This document shows, one piece after another, positions 28,026 to 42,195 of a DNA stretch of 64,000 nucleotides (positions are counted from its first letter, which is position 1; each line of letters starts with the position of its first letter). Source of the stretch: Eledone cirrhosa (taxonomy: Eukaryota). The notes below the pieces were generated by a model, which searched no databases, had not been told where the DNA came from, and saw nothing but the letters and a program-made list of their open reading frames with translations. Both the position numbers and the translations under genes were made by a program. Location: the NCBI GenBank assembly GCA_964016885.1, contig OZ024740.1, positions 113,646,001 through 113,710,000 of the forward strand. Reading direction: 5' to 3'.

Positions 28026-28429
28026 TAATATCATTATTAATATTTCATAAGTAGTTTCATACAAACCTTTACACCATTAGCTAGCGTATCTGCTGTTCCT
28101 GAGATATATACATCACTATGTCCTGAGTTTTGTGAGTTCTTTTTGTTTTTGTTTTTTAGTGTGTGTCTGTGTGTGGTATAGACACATCTTGTTAGTCTAC
28201 GGCATCTGTCGTTCTTTTTATGGTGTTTAACTTGTAGGTTCTTGTGAGTATGATGTGGATAATGAAAGTTGTCTTATTTTAATATTTTATTATTTGAAGC
28301 ATACATTTTGTGTGAGTTATATTGTTTTGTTACAGATAGTGCTTATTATATAGAGTATTGTGTGTAAAGATTGTTCTACATGAGCTGTGCTATTGAATGG
28401 AATATATTTTACTCAGGCTTCTCGAAGTA

Positions 28430-28878
28430 CGAAATTTCGTCCTGGAACCAAACGGTACGTTGGGCGTCATAGATGTGAACAATAGAGAATGTGGTGTGTT
28501 GTGACTGTTGGCCCTCTACACATCGACCGAGGCTGGACGACCAAATGTCATCAGGCGTCTGTAAGCCTTTCTAGGACCGTCACGCCTTTTACTGTTAGGG
28601 GGACTGGAACCGGTATCTTGGACTGACTCAGGCTGGAATTGTGGGGGAGTACCAGATAGAAGCCGGGGGTGTCAAACCAGAAGAACATCATCAAACTCCT
28701 CCAACAGTCTATCAGGTTCCTACTAGATTTTCCCAATAACCCATAGGGTCATCTAACTCGTATATAGGTAGATTTTTCATTACGTCAGTAGATGAGCATA
28801 GCATAGGGTCTCCACAGTTTAAAACGGTCGCCTATTCAGACCACAAATTCGTGATATGCACGGTCGACCTAAATAGAG
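28430..28878 (+). mobile_element. Old Tx1-like APE endonuclease relic
   Basis: Aligns by eye to 42490-42960: VIDVNN.., LLALY.., RRL.AFLGPSRLLLLG, AYSDHK. Confidence 0.7.
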
Positions 28879-28879
28879 C

Positions 28880-29775
28880 AGCATAGAGTTACGGTCCTTT
28901 ACGTTTTGAGTTCAAATCCCGCCGAAGTTAGCTTTGTCTTTCATTCTTATGGGATCGATAAAATAAAGCACCAGTAATGCACTGGGGTCTATTTAATCGA
29001 CTTTCCCTACCACCAAATTGCTGGCCTTGTGCTTATGGTAGAAATCATTATTATTATTGCTGTTGAGGATGTTGTTATTGTTGTTGTTATTGTTATTGAG
29101 AAATAATAATTGTTTCTACTTTTGGCACAAGACCAGCAATTATCGCAGAGCATTACTGGTACTTTATTTCATCAACCCTCGGTGGGATTTGAACTCAGAC
29201 CGTAAAAGGTTTGAGTTCAAATCCCGCCGAGGGTATTCAGAAATAATAATTCTTTCTACTTTAGGCACAAGGCCAGCAATAACCCAGTGCATTACTGGTA
29301 CTTTATTTTATCGACCCCGTAAGGATGAAAGGCAAATTATTCAGAAATAATAATTGCTTCTACTTTAGGCACAAGGCCAGCAATTACCCAGTGCATTACT
29401 GGTACTTTATTTTATTGACCCCGTAAGGATGAAAGGCAAAGTCAACCTCGGCGGGATTTGAACTCAGATCGTAAAGGGACGTAACTATGCTGGAAAGCAT
29501 GGCGTCCGACCCTCTACCGATACTGCCAATCCACCGCCCTTTCAGAAATAATAATGTTGTAATGATAGTATCATTATCAGTAAGCAATAGCGGTGGATTG
29601 GCAGAATCGGTATAGGGTCGGACGCCATGCTTTGACGCATAAAGTTATGGCCCTTTATGGTCTGAGTTCAAATCCCGACAAGGTTAACGCCTTACATCCT
29701 TACGGGGTCGATGAAATAAAGTACCAGTAATGTACTGTGTAATTGCTGGCCTTGTGGCAAAAGTAGATCAATTAT
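28880..29775. mobile_element. Nested SINE family A cluster in both orientations (28880-29050 +, 29105-29200 -, 29250-29336 -, 29352-29539 -, 29590-29775 +)
   Basis: Consensus matches; TTCAGAAATAATAAT repeated three times at junctions. Confidence 0.85.
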
Positions 29776-30049
29776 TAGTACTAATAGCAGTATTGGTGCT
29801 AATCATTATTAATATTGCTGCAGTTATTATCACGATGCAATGTGTCAGTTTTCTTTGCGGCAAGTTATAATCCTATCCTCTCTATCTTGTCAAGCGATTG
29901 TGGTCGTTGTCAACATTGCAGCTGTCACCTGCTGATATCATTTACGGTGTCATGATATCCAATTAAGCTGCAATAACCAATGACATAGCTGTCACACCTG
30001 TCAAAATAATTTTAATGGATGCATTAAGTGTGATAATAGAAATATCAGT

Positions 30050-30815
30050 TTATCAATTTATGCGTACTTTATACATTTATACATTACATGCAATGTCTGT
30101 CTAAAAATTATCCAACTTTTTTTCGTAGGAGATAATGACGTTAGGGAAAGAAGGTGTGCAACGGCGTGTTGTGAGCTTTCGGTGAGCTCCCTGGATACGC
30201 CGGTCACTGTCCAGTCGTGAACGTATGATATACTGTACACCTTATCGTCGTATTGTCATTTCTTCTTCTTCTTCTTCTAAAATCTGATCCGATTTTCTTT
30301 TTAATATGATAACTGGGGATCAGACATGAGTTTAGAGACACGAGCTGGAAACCAAAGATTAGTCACTACAGTGGAGGTATCTATCATCGCCAAGGCCCTA
30401 AAAATCACACCAGAGTGGAAAAAACATCAAGGAGATGCTGATAGATTGTGCATCACGAACACGGACTAAGGACAAACAGTTATAAAATAATATTATCCGT
30501 AAGTCCTTCGACCATTTCATCATGTGGATCAGCGCAATAGATCGCATCTATGAGCCTCACAAAACTGGCAGCTGCATCATGACTAAACACTCCAATTCGT
30601 TCGTCGCGGCTGATCCAAGATTTCTGGGCAAAAGTGCATTTCACTCATTCAATAGACTTTTCATTCGCGAAATAGAAGAATTGTTTAGGGAGCCGAGATC
30701 ACATTATGGGCTGAGAGTCATTCTGGAAGAACCCTCCTACACGAGCTTCGAACAGGGGAAGGACTGCTGGACTAAGTGTGTGGAGGCATAGAGGGACTAA
30801 TTAGAAGCTAAGCAA
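30050..30815 (+). mobile_element. Heavily decayed mariner/Tc1 transposase relic
   Basis: ITGDQT*V resembles the first catalytic TGDETW motif; C-terminal CWTKCVEA*RD resembles RWxKCVExxGDY. Confidence 0.55.
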
Positions 30816-31244
30816 TTATACCCCACCAAATGTGTAACATTTTTTGTCTGATTCTAATATCCTTATTAATTGATTGTATTATTTCAGAGTGTAAAAGCCG
30901 TTGTGCAAATACTATGTGAAACAGAAACATTAAAAAAATGAAAATAAAGATAGCATTATTATTTGTTTGAGAATGCATAAGGAAACATACAGAGAGACAG
31001 AGCGACAAATAATTTTATGTATAGAGAGTTTAGTAGCACCAGATGTAATACTGTGCAATATAATATTACCATGAGATAAACTAATATTTCCACCGGGATA
31101 AATTTTGGCTGAGATTGTTTAGACGATGAGCATTCTGTTGTTGGATCAATTGAACTGCCTAGTCGTTAAATTAACGTTTATGTTCTGTGTATTCTACAGG
31201 CTCGTGTAGACATAAATCTCAGGTAGAATCAGTATGGCGCAATA

Positions 31245-31535
31245 TTTGACGGCGCATCTGCACCGCTTTGGGTATGTGTCGACCCAAAGTTATTACTGGT
31301 TCAGTTCATCTGAAGACGCATTTGCACCACCATGAGTCGACCAAACGATATTATTGGTACAATTCATCTGACGATTCAGTTGCAGTGGCCTGGGCGTGAG
31401 TCGACCCAAGTTATTACTGGTACAATACATCTGACAACGTAGTTGCACCACCCTGAGTGTGAGTCAACCCAGCGTTAATCCTGGTACAATTCATCTGACG
31501 AGGCAGTTGCTCTGCCCTGGGCGTGAGTCGACCAA
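31245..31535. repeat. ~62-bp minisatellite, about 5 units
   Basis: Unit CATCTGACGA..CAGTTGCA.C.CCCTGGGCGTGAGTCGACCCAA.TTATTACTGGTACAATT. Confidence 0.88.
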
Positions 31536-32231
31536 CATTTATGGTAAAAGATACTTAGCCAATATACTTGGCAGTAGGATCGACCCCGGTAGGTTATGTT
31601 AACGAAGCTTATATTTTTAACCACTCAGCCATCTTGCGTACATGGTGTTGCAGATAGTGACAGTCTCATCATAGTGGTATCTGTCTAAATGTATTTTTCA
31701 TGCTGAATCAACATATCCAACATTCAGATTGAATACATCAAACATTTGACAGGCGGTTGTCGGGTGGGAGGAAGGAGAGTAATTCAAAATGAAGAAAAGA
31801 GAACAAGGTGAAACAGTAGAACGGTAATAAATAAGAATCGGCTGTGCAAATAAGATTAAACACTCACGACCAACCAAGGATGGCTGGCTGTAGAAAGTGT
31901 AGTGTCAATGGTGGAGCCCCAGAAAGGTGACAGTCTTTTGGCTAGAACACGTAATAGTATATATATATATATAGATATATAGATATATATATATATATAT
32001 GCATGTATGTATGTATGTATGTATATATATGTGTGTGTGTGTGTGTGTGTATTTATGGAGACCGACTATCACAATGAGAAGGAGGTAACTAAAGAATAGG
32101 ACAGAGACGCTTTGTTTTCGCTGTCGTTGTTGTTCTTTTTCTACTTCTTCTTCTTCTTCTTAGCTGCCATGCTGATGATAACGACAACGTCGACATCACC
32201 AAGCTCTATGTCTCCGTGTGGGTTTTCATTG

Positions 32232-32503
32232 CATGTATGTATATATCTATGTATATATATGTTTACGTATGCATGTATATATATATATATATATATGTTT
32301 ATGTATGCATGTATATATATATATATGTTTATGTATGTATGTATATATATATATATGTTTATGTATGTATGTATATATATATATATGTTTATGTATGTAT
32401 GTATGTATATATATATATATGTTTATGTATGCATGTATATATATATATATGTTTATGTATGCATGTATATATATATATATATATATGTATATATGTTTAT
32501 GTT

Positions 32504-32563
<60 letters not shown>
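32232..32563. repeat. TA-based higher-order microsatellite, unit GTTTATGTATGCATGTATATATATATATAT
   Basis: Direct reading; about 8 units. Confidence 0.92.
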
Positions 32564-35500
32564 TGGATAAATATCTACACTCAAAATGCGTGTGCGGGGG
32601 GTGGGTATAAGTGTTGCAAGCTACTATTCTTCTCATTTTAATCAAACGGGCGAGAATGTGGGAAAGTACTTTAAATGAAACAAAAGCATGCAAAGGAATA
32701 CAGGAATACGAGAATGAAGCGATAAAAGAATGCGGTCCAAGAACATCTGTGGTTAGTTAAACAACAGCTATTTCAATACATTGGAATTGTAGCAAGAGGA
32801 ATCATAAAACGCGAATGTAATCTTCAAATCATACAATAAATAAAAGAACACAACTGTAATATACATAGCTAAAAGCAAACAAAAGAAGGTGATGACTATA
32901 AGAAAAAGGGTCAGAAAAATAGGGAGTTAAGCAACGAAAGAAAGAAGAATGTTTAGGCAACAGGGTATCCATTCCATGAGAGAAATAAAGAAACCAAAAC
33001 AAATTGATAGAATTAGTAGTCACCACAATGTTAAGGAACGTGGTATATAGTTAAGGTGTTGGGTTGACTATCCTAAAACAATGGGTGAGACAATCTGTAT
33101 CTGTATGTTGGCTCATGATCCTAAATTAGGATATTATCATACTTTGCTGTTGCTATATATCACCGTCTCTCTCTCTCTCTTACCACCACACTTCACTGTT
33201 GCAATCCCACGTAAACCATCACGTGGTGAGTTTGTTGGTTGATAATCCTAAACTAGTGAGTTCAATTGCGATGCGGGTGGTAGGGTGGGTACCTAACTGT
33301 AACAAAAACAACAAAGAAAATAAAGAATAGGAACCAAAAGAAAAACAAATTATATATATTTGCCTTATCTAACGGGAAGAGCTTCCGTATTGTGGTTAGT
33401 GTTATGCTGACGATTCTAAAAGAGTAGGTTCGATCGACTGAATAGACAGTTGCCTCATTAACTGTATCACAAAGAGCCACAAACTAAATAAAGTGTAGGA
33501 ACTAAAAGCCGAAAAGCAAACTGATTGTTAGTATTAACTGTAGCTAACATAGTGGTGTTGCACCTAATGTTTGATGTTGGGTTCACAATAATAAAACAAT
33601 GAGAACAATGTTTAAACGGGATTACTCTATGTTTCCATAATTGTAAAATAATGGAATCGCATACAAAATAGGGAATAACCACTGAAAGTACAAAGAAAAA
33701 ATTGCTACCACTAGCAGTAACAAACGTAAAAACTTGTGGTTTTGTTTTTAGTGAGTTAGACTTACGAACCTAAAAGGCTGAGTTTAGTCCTGGGCCCGGA
33801 CGGCGATTTGGGCCTTTGATTAAGATAAAAAGAATAAAATAGCAAATGGAGTGTCAGAATAGAAAGAAGAAAAACACTAACGAGAACGTGATGGCGTGCA
33901 AACTTAAAATGCTGGAACTACGGTCGAAAAACAATACGTGTCCTCCGAGACTCAGCTACATGAAACTGAATACTTAAAGAAGCAGACGGGGATTCACATA
34001 GCGACTTGTCTTTGCCCATGAACATTTGCTGAGCTGGTATGTAATATGGAGTGAAATTGGTAGCGTCGCTCGTCTGTCGGTATTTGTTTCAGCTCTCTGT
34101 TCGCCGAGTTCAACTTTGCATTTTATTCTCTCGGGTTTCTTGAATAAAATAGCAATCCAAGGGCGGTGGATTGACAGAATTGTTAAAGAAATGAACAGGA
34201 CATTTCGCTTTATCTGCCCCGGCTCTGTGTGTTCTGGGTTCAATTTTTGTCTCCTGACAGGAGTTCAGAATGGTAGATAGTATCAGCAATGGCAATAACA
34301 TTGGCAACATAGTCTCCTTGGACCGATCTAAAGATCCACTGCTTTCTATTTTATATATTTCGGTAATGCTTTAACGAGTGATTTTCGATGATGTCATAAC
34401 AATTTATTCATCTTTGTTCGCTGAATCCATAAAACGCCAGAACTATTATGAAATGTGATCCAGGTAGCAACATTTTGTACCTGCAAATTCCTCGAGTCAA
34501 TTCCTCTCTCTTTCTCTCTCCCTCTCTCACTTTCTTTTCTTTCTGGAAGAAATCGGCTGTGATGCTGTGATCAGCCCTGGAAAGGGATAGGTCCCTCTAA
34601 TCTTAAAATGCCCAAGACACGCAATATGTTACGACGGCGTCCCTAAGACTTCATTAGGAAATGTAAGACCAGAGATCAAAAATATTCGAATGACGTTTGA
34701 AAATGGATTTTGTACAACGTGACACGATTATAGGGAAGCAAACAGCGAGAGTAAATAACACATGTATTTCTCAAATTTGAGTTCAGCTTGAACAAACTTA
34801 TGGAGGAATATATAATGATGCAACGTAGCATAAAACTTTAAAAAGGAAAGCCTTTAATTGATAAAACTACCATCTCACGTCCTTTGCAAAACATGAGATG
34901 GATGTTGGCTCATTGTCCCAGCAGACAGAATCGTGAATGCTTTCCCTGGTGGAGAGCGAGTGAGAAATTCTTAACGCTGAAATCAAACATCGAAACATTT
35001 GTGGAGGCTGACTCACTTACGTACTTATGTACTGCCCTTCGCTAATGAAACTAAATGTTCGTTAAAATTGAAAATCGATTTAATTGTGAGAAACACTAGA
35101 GAATATAATTGAGTGCTATATTTGCAGCTGAAGGTAATTAAAGATATTTTAGTCTCTCTGGCAGAATCGCAAACCAATGAATAGTTTCCGTTTACAAAAG
35201 TGCAAAGTAAAGTTTGCTCTCTACCGACGTTAATTGGGTCATCAGTATTTCTATCACAGTCTAGAAAAACTGATAGAAAATGAATCGTGTTTGCAAATTA
35301 TGAATAAACATAATTTAATAAGAAGTTCACTCAGTCCTTCTTTCATGTGTATATATCCTTTATTAAGCACACACTGTAGTTTAATTCAATAATCTCTACT
35401 ATGGCACAAAGTACTAAATCTTGCGACTGTATTAAATATATTGGGAAATCTGTTTGATTTTTGAAAAGTTACTTCAATGCCCATGGTTCATAAAATAGTC

Positions 35501-36585
35501 GAATAAATCTGGAAGTTCAATCTGCGGACGGAAAATATGGTATTTTTACTGACTTATTCGGTTATTACTTAAATCAGATGAATTGTAGCAGCTTTTCAAA
35601 AAGCAAACAGATTTTCAGATTTTCAAATTTGGTTAATAGATATATATATATGAGATCTACGTGCGTTTTGAATCAACGAAAGAAAGCAAAATGAGCATGA
35701 CAAGGACAAAATTCGGAAGAGATTCGGACACACGGAAAACGGCTTCAGTCACCGACCGTAGGTTAGGTAGCACACAGTTTCGATGTATATATGGTGACGG
35801 GAGATATATCAGAATCTATAGTTTATAACACATCTGTCAACCATTAAAAATCCTAACGAGGGAGTACCATAAAAAGAAGTGTACCCAAACTGGGGGAAAT
35901 AAGGCAAAATGGGAAGATTTTACATAGAAAGCTATATTTATTTTCACAAGAGAAGACATCTATCACCCACCCTAGAGTGGGTGGGAGAGTTGACAGGTCT
36001 GTTATAAAGCTACTAGCAAATGGACAAAACAAGAAATAAATATACATTATATATTTAATACAATATATTGCCTCAATATTATCGTCATTTATGTATTCAC
36101 CGAAAGTCTGTTTTATTTTTCGCAACTATTATTCATCGAGCGATTATTGTGTATTTAGTTAGTATTTCCAGAATGTCGAACATCTATAGAGAGATATTAG
36201 ATATTTCTAAGTGTAAAATGTAAAGATGTACGTGCTAGGGCAGACAATGCGTTCAGTTGTGTTGTTAACATAGTTTTGTTCCTAAAACCTCTAGAGTATA
36301 CAGTATATATATATTCCTACTCTTTATCCACCTAATTTTAACTCTTTGACATTAGAGACAGAACAGATACTCTATACTATTTCCTGTCAGCATGGCTTGG
36401 CAAGATATTTAGAACGCTGGTTTAAGACATTTATTTCCCTCTGAAGAAGAGATATTATCTCGAAAATTAAGGACATTTAAAAAATCTAAGGTAAAAGACG
36501 ATTTGTTAACAATATCTTTTGCAATTGCATTCTTTTTTCTATGTCCATACCTGCATTGTTTTGGCTTTATTATACATATTCAAAC

Positions 36586-36622
<37 letters not shown>

Positions 36623-36759
36623 GATAAATCTACCAAAAGTTTACGGTAGTGCCCAATCCGTATGAAGAACTCAATGTAATCCGGATATCATGAAAAGAGA
36701 AGATGCATTCAAAAACTACTTTCGGTGAAAAATAAACGGAAAACAGAGTCAAGATAAAT

Positions 36760-37703
36760 TAATAAAATAATGAATAAACAAAGAAACAGTTCCTTATATT
36801 AAAAAAATTCATCATTTTACGATCGTTTCTAGGATATATATGTGTTAGAGTTGGTATGCATATTCTATAGATCTATGTACAATATTTATACAAACTATCA
36901 GAGGGAATATACATACCTTACACATATATATGCTGTCTTCAGAGATAATGATATTTGTTTATTGAAAAAAACAAAGATTCAATACAATAGGTCTGTTTGG
37001 GAACAGGTTTTGAATTGACCAATAGAGAGATAGTGAGGGTCAGAATAGTAATATAGTAGTAGAAGAACCTTAAATTATGGGTAGAGGAAGGTAGATTTCA
37101 GTTTTGGATGGAAAAGAATATTATGAATGAAGGATTATTTTAGGGAAGAAATAGGTCTTATGCTGACCTCAGAAATAATTTTATTTTTTCATTGAATAAA
37201 ACCAACAAAGATCTAATATATTCTGTCTGTTTGGTAAGAGGTTTAGAATTAACCAATAGAAAGTTAATAATTGGCTAAATGGTAAAATAGTAGTAATTGA
37301 AGCTTATTTTAGGGGTGAAAATAGGTCAGGTGGTCAGTAAAAGGTATACAAGCAGTTGCTGTTCTAAAATAGTAATGCCAATACAAATATCTAAGGTGAC
37401 TAAAGTTTTAAGATAAGAATGTTAGTGAAAAAAATACATCTATGAAAAGAATATAAATTAATTTAATTGATGGGTATATTTATATTGATAAAATTATACT
37501 AATACATATAGATATGATAAATAAGAGTTAGATGCAGTTGAAAATTGCTGTTAAAATGTGTATATATATGTATATATATATATGTATAAGTATATATATA
37601 TATATATATTATTTTTATATTCTTTTAATTTGCCCTCATCTTTAACAGCACTTTTCAACTGCATCTAACTCTTATTTATCATATCTATATGTATTATTAT
37701 AAT
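36760..37703 (-). mobile_element. HH2 element copy 2 with inverted duplicate of its end (37607-37703)
   Basis: Matches 15485-16258; 37607-37703 is the reverse complement of the element end (16195-16291). Confidence 0.8.
36809..36951 (-). ncRNA. Type I hammerhead motif (family HH2, copy 2)
   Basis: CTGAAGA...GAAA-CGATCG-TA intact; about 22 extra nt in stem II relative to copy 1. Confidence 0.7.
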
Positions 37704-39936
37704 TTGCCGGACTTGTTCTCCGATCTCCTCGAGGCGGTCTACTGCAACTGGTAACAGAACGGGAGAATTCCCAGTTCCGTGACCAAGGGCGTAGTCACGC
37801 TGGTGAGGAAGGGCGAGAACAAGGGGGATGACATAGATAACTTCAGGTCCATAACTCTGCTAAACACAGAGTTAAAGATTTTGGCCAATGTGTTACCGAA
37901 GAGGTTGGCGCTTGTCGTCGGGGACCTGGTGGGAGAAGCGCAGACATGCGCAATCCCGTCCAGATCCATACACGACAACTTCCACCTCATGCGATACATC
38001 GCAGAGAGGGTAGAGAACGAACCCGGCTTTGGTGGGGCCCTGATCTACTTGGATCAATCTAAGGCGTTCGATAGGGTCGACCATTGGTACCTGGATGCGG
38101 TGCTCGCGGCGTCAGGCTTTGGACCCGTTTTCAGGGGCTGGATTGCTGCAACACACAGCAGCAACAACTACTCGAGGGTCAAGGTGAACGGCTACCTCTA
38201 GGTGCCGTTCCAAATCACGCGATCCATCTGACAGGGATGCACTCTCTCCTCCCTTCTGTATGTGCTGTCTCTCGAACCACTACTGCAGAAGTTGGAGCTG
38301 TTGCAGGGAATCCCCTTGGAACCGGGATTGCGGAAAGCGGTGTTGGCCTACGCCGATGACGTGACAGTAATGGTATCGTGCGCCTCGGAAATCGGGCAGA
38401 TCGGCACCTTACTGGAGGAATACGAAAGGTTTACAAGGAGCCAAGCTGAACCAGTCCGTCGGTTTGCAAGTCCGTCGGTTTGCAACTCGGAACGTGGAGA
38501 GGCAAACTGATGCCCTCCGACGGCTACTGCAGTCTGGTCCGGACCGGATCTCCAGGTGGAGAAAAACTGGGATGAGGTAACGGGCACGGATTTTGCACTC
38601 GCCCAGAAGTTGGCCGAGTGCAAACTATCCCTGAAAGGTCGAGCGAAGGTGGCGAATACTTATATAGCGTCCGTCATCTACTACCGCTTGACCGTCGTCC
38701 CTGCCCAGCGAAAACGCTCGTCAAAATGGAGCGCGCGCTCTTCCGATTCCTTTGAAAGAAGCGGGCCCCTTTGGTGAGAAGATCTATCTGCTGTTAATTC
38801 CCTTCTAACGGAGGGCTGGGGATGCCGTGGCTGATGATGCGTAGACACGCATTAAGGCTACGGCACCTCCAGGTATTCCTCACCGGTCAGCCGGTGTGGG
38901 CCCCTTTTGTGAGGCGAGCCTTTCCGAGACTCGTCTCACTCACCGAGCTGCAATCCTGGGTCAAGCAAAGACCGAGAAAATTGGGCGACTGGCACATTGA
39001 ATGTGCCCAGGCGCTCACGGCTCTCTGGCAAGCGGATCCGGCAATCAGTGAAGACTCAACCTCAACATTCTATAGAGGGTTGGTGCGCAGCAAGTGCGAC
39101 GACGCTCTCGGAGAGGCTCTGGGCACGGAGGAAGACGAGCTAGCCATTCTGTTCGGAAGGACGTTTGGACCGGGACCGATGGACAACTTCCAAAAGTCGC
39201 TGGCTTGGCAGTGCTACCGAGGAGCTCTCCCCGTTCGGGAAGAGCTCTACAGACACGGGCGCCCAGGTAGGGACCCCTCGAAGAAGATCTGTCCGAGATG
39301 CGTGCGTGACGAGGAAACCGTCGCGCACGCATTCGTACACTGCCCGGGCCTTGCTGACTTGTGGGGCTATGTGGAACTACTACTGTCGCGGGTGGGATTA
39401 ATCCGGTTGACCACTGAGTACATTGTCACGATCAAACCGCCTCCCCCCTTCAAAAACGAAGGAGAGGCGGTTTTCCTCTGTGTGATAGCTATGGCGAAAG
39501 AAGTTGTATGGTGGACGAGGTTGAAAGGGTTGTGGTCAGACACTGTTCTCTCCGGCCAACAACTGGTCCTTTATTTCAAGTACAATTTTAGAAGAAGGAT
39601 CAGAATGGAGAGAGAGGTGGTCTACCACAGCAAGTTTTATGAAAGGTGAGTGAAAGTGGTGAGAATGGCCCGAGTGAAAGAGCCTTCTCTCTATATCAGC
39701 CTGTAGGTGAGAGAGGAGAGGAAGGGAGCACCCGCTCTTTGTGATCCTGAGGAGGAGGGTTGCACATTTTTTTCGGGGGTGGGTGCGACCCACGTCTACG
39801 ACCCCCTCCCTATTGAGGACTTCGATTGTTGAATTTGATTTGTTATATATTTTTACACGTCCCTTGAAATGTATGTAAACTCCCCCTCTTGTATTTGTTC
39901 CAATCTTTGATGCCCTGGTGGCAAATAAATAGAAAG
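37703..39936 (+). mobile_element. 5'-truncated Tx1-like LINE, copy 2
   Basis: RT motifs DNFRSITLLNTELKIL, LDQSKAFDRVDH, QGC.LS, YADD; C-terminal CPRC..HAFVHCP; AATAAA followed by (TATC)n. Confidence 0.92.
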
Positions 39937-39968
<32 letters not shown>

Positions 39969-40201
39969 ATATTTATCTCTCTTCGTAGCTGGACGCACAC
40001 AATTTTGCTGGTAAGTTTCTGTCAATTTATTTACAAAAAACAGAAATTCCTGTTTAAAAAAACACATTGTTTTGTAGATTAACCCCCAGGCTGAATTGTA
40101 AGATGGGTGGCAATCTCATTTTTCGCCCCCACGAGGGCGAAAATTTAATTTGAGATTAATTTGAAAATTGTTTAAACTTTTTTAATATTTTGCCATCAGC
40201 C

Positions 40202-42195
40202 ATGGCAAGCGTTCAAAGAACACGAGCGAATGTTGAAGAAGGAAAAAGAAAAGAAGAAATAGACTTTAATGTTGCTAAAAAGTTTGCCTGTATCGAGGCA
40301 GTTAACAACAGTTTTGTGTAACGAAAGTCACGTAGACAACACAAACAAAATTGAATCACACAGTGAACCACACAGTATACAACACACACCAACATCAACA
40401 GAAAAAACAATTGACACAACTACAAACGGAAAACCCGACAACCACCATCACCACAACAACAACAACAACATAACTTATACAGAAACAGTCACAAATAATA
40501 ATAACGTTACTTCTAACTCCGCATGTATTGGTGTCACCATGGAAACCAATATGAACAACAAAAATAAAAACAAGATCGAACCACATATAGTACAACAGGC
40601 GGAAAAAACAACAGAAAATAAAATCATTGACATAACTACAAACGGAAAACCCGACAACCACAACAACACCAAAAAACCTTTTGCGCAAACAGTCATCAAG
40701 ACACAAGAATTCAAGGATCTCGATATTTCCAATGCTAAACAGATGCTCTCTGAAGCAAAGGAGTTTATCACTTTCGGTGAAAACGGGGTATTTCAGATAA
40801 ACTCACCCCCAGAAATTCGTCTGGAAACATTTCGAAGACAATTACCTTCATAACTGTTTTAAATGAAACAAAACGACCAACATTCCTCAGTCAAGGGGAA
40901 ATTGAGGCAACTTTAATACAGATATTAACAGACATTGACTTTATGCAGAGGGCCAAACAGTACGGGAGTATTTCGGTACTCCTCAAAAGCGAGGCCCTAG
41001 GACAAAGATATTCAGTGACGCCAATACTGTCACAAAAATACACCTTTTTACCCACATACCTAGGAAAAAGGACACAAAACATTAGAGTTTCAAACATACC
41101 AACAAATATTAATATTTGGTGGATATTGGCAGGATTTTTAGAGGAGAGAAAATACATTATTCTCGCCATCAAAAAGTCAATCAGACACACCTGGTCTGGT
41201 ACAAATTTGGAGATTCTGGTGCAAATGAGCCCGGAAAGAATCTCCAAATACCAGAAAAAGAGCTGGTGGACGACAACAGCCATATAAACAGTTGAGGGAC
41301 GAAAACCACATTGCTTTCGTTGCAATAACACCACACACCTAAAGGCCTCCTGCCCTTTACAAACACCCTCAACCAAAACAATACAAAAGAAAACATGTTA
41401 CTAACACCAACACCAAAACAACAACAACAACTGACGAAACAAGCAAAATCACCAAAACAAACAGCCACTCAACCAACAACAACAGAAAAAACACAGAGAA
41501 CAACCCTGAAGAACACAGCCCCACCCATCCCACTCCATCAAACCCTACCACAAACACACACCGAAACACCACCACCACACAACATACCCCTACCCCACAC
41601 CCCTGACGATGATTATTCATCGACAGATGAGGCTGCTTCTCCTTCTGTAAGTGAAGAAGAGGAAGAGCCTCGGAAATCAAAAACAAAAAAAGAGACACCA
41701 CAAAACCCCCAAAACTCCAATCCCCAACACCAACACACAACCACAGACACAAAAAACAACACAACCAACACCTCAGTCAAACATCCCCCTACCAGCAAAA
41801 CCAACACCAACACCACCCAATCACAAGCACCCACTATAAAACGAAAACTCCCGGACGAACAACAAACTAAAACAACACAACAAAAACACAAACAACAATA
41901 TGCATACATCAACACAAACAACAAGAGTTTGATGGAGGTCATCTCCCAAAACCCCAAGGTGGAGACAGGGGGCAAAACTTTCGTCAAAGCAGAATCATCT
42001 CCACACCTTAAATTTATAAGGGTTTCTATGGAGACCTATAGTGACCTAAAAAATAAATGTTCATAGGACGTGGGCAACCCCTGCCAGAAACACATCAACC
42101 GCGTCCTGTTAAAATGTTTCCCCACCCCACCCAACAACCTGTCCAGCACCCAGATGGAGATTGAACAACCCGATCTCCAGGAAACGAAAAGGTAA
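40202..42195 (+). pseudogene. Tx1-like ORF1 (gag-like; frameshifted)
   Basis: ATG at 40202; IRVSNIP motif; VEGRKPHCFRCNNTTHLKASCP zinc knuckle near 41290-41355; low-complexity T/P/Q-rich C-terminal half. Confidence 0.8.

Noticed and set aside
31245-31535. CRISPR-like periodicity and repeated CTGACGA hammerhead box
   Set aside because: Units are similar along their whole length, with no unique spacers or cas genes; no GAAA or stem III partner follows the CTGACGA
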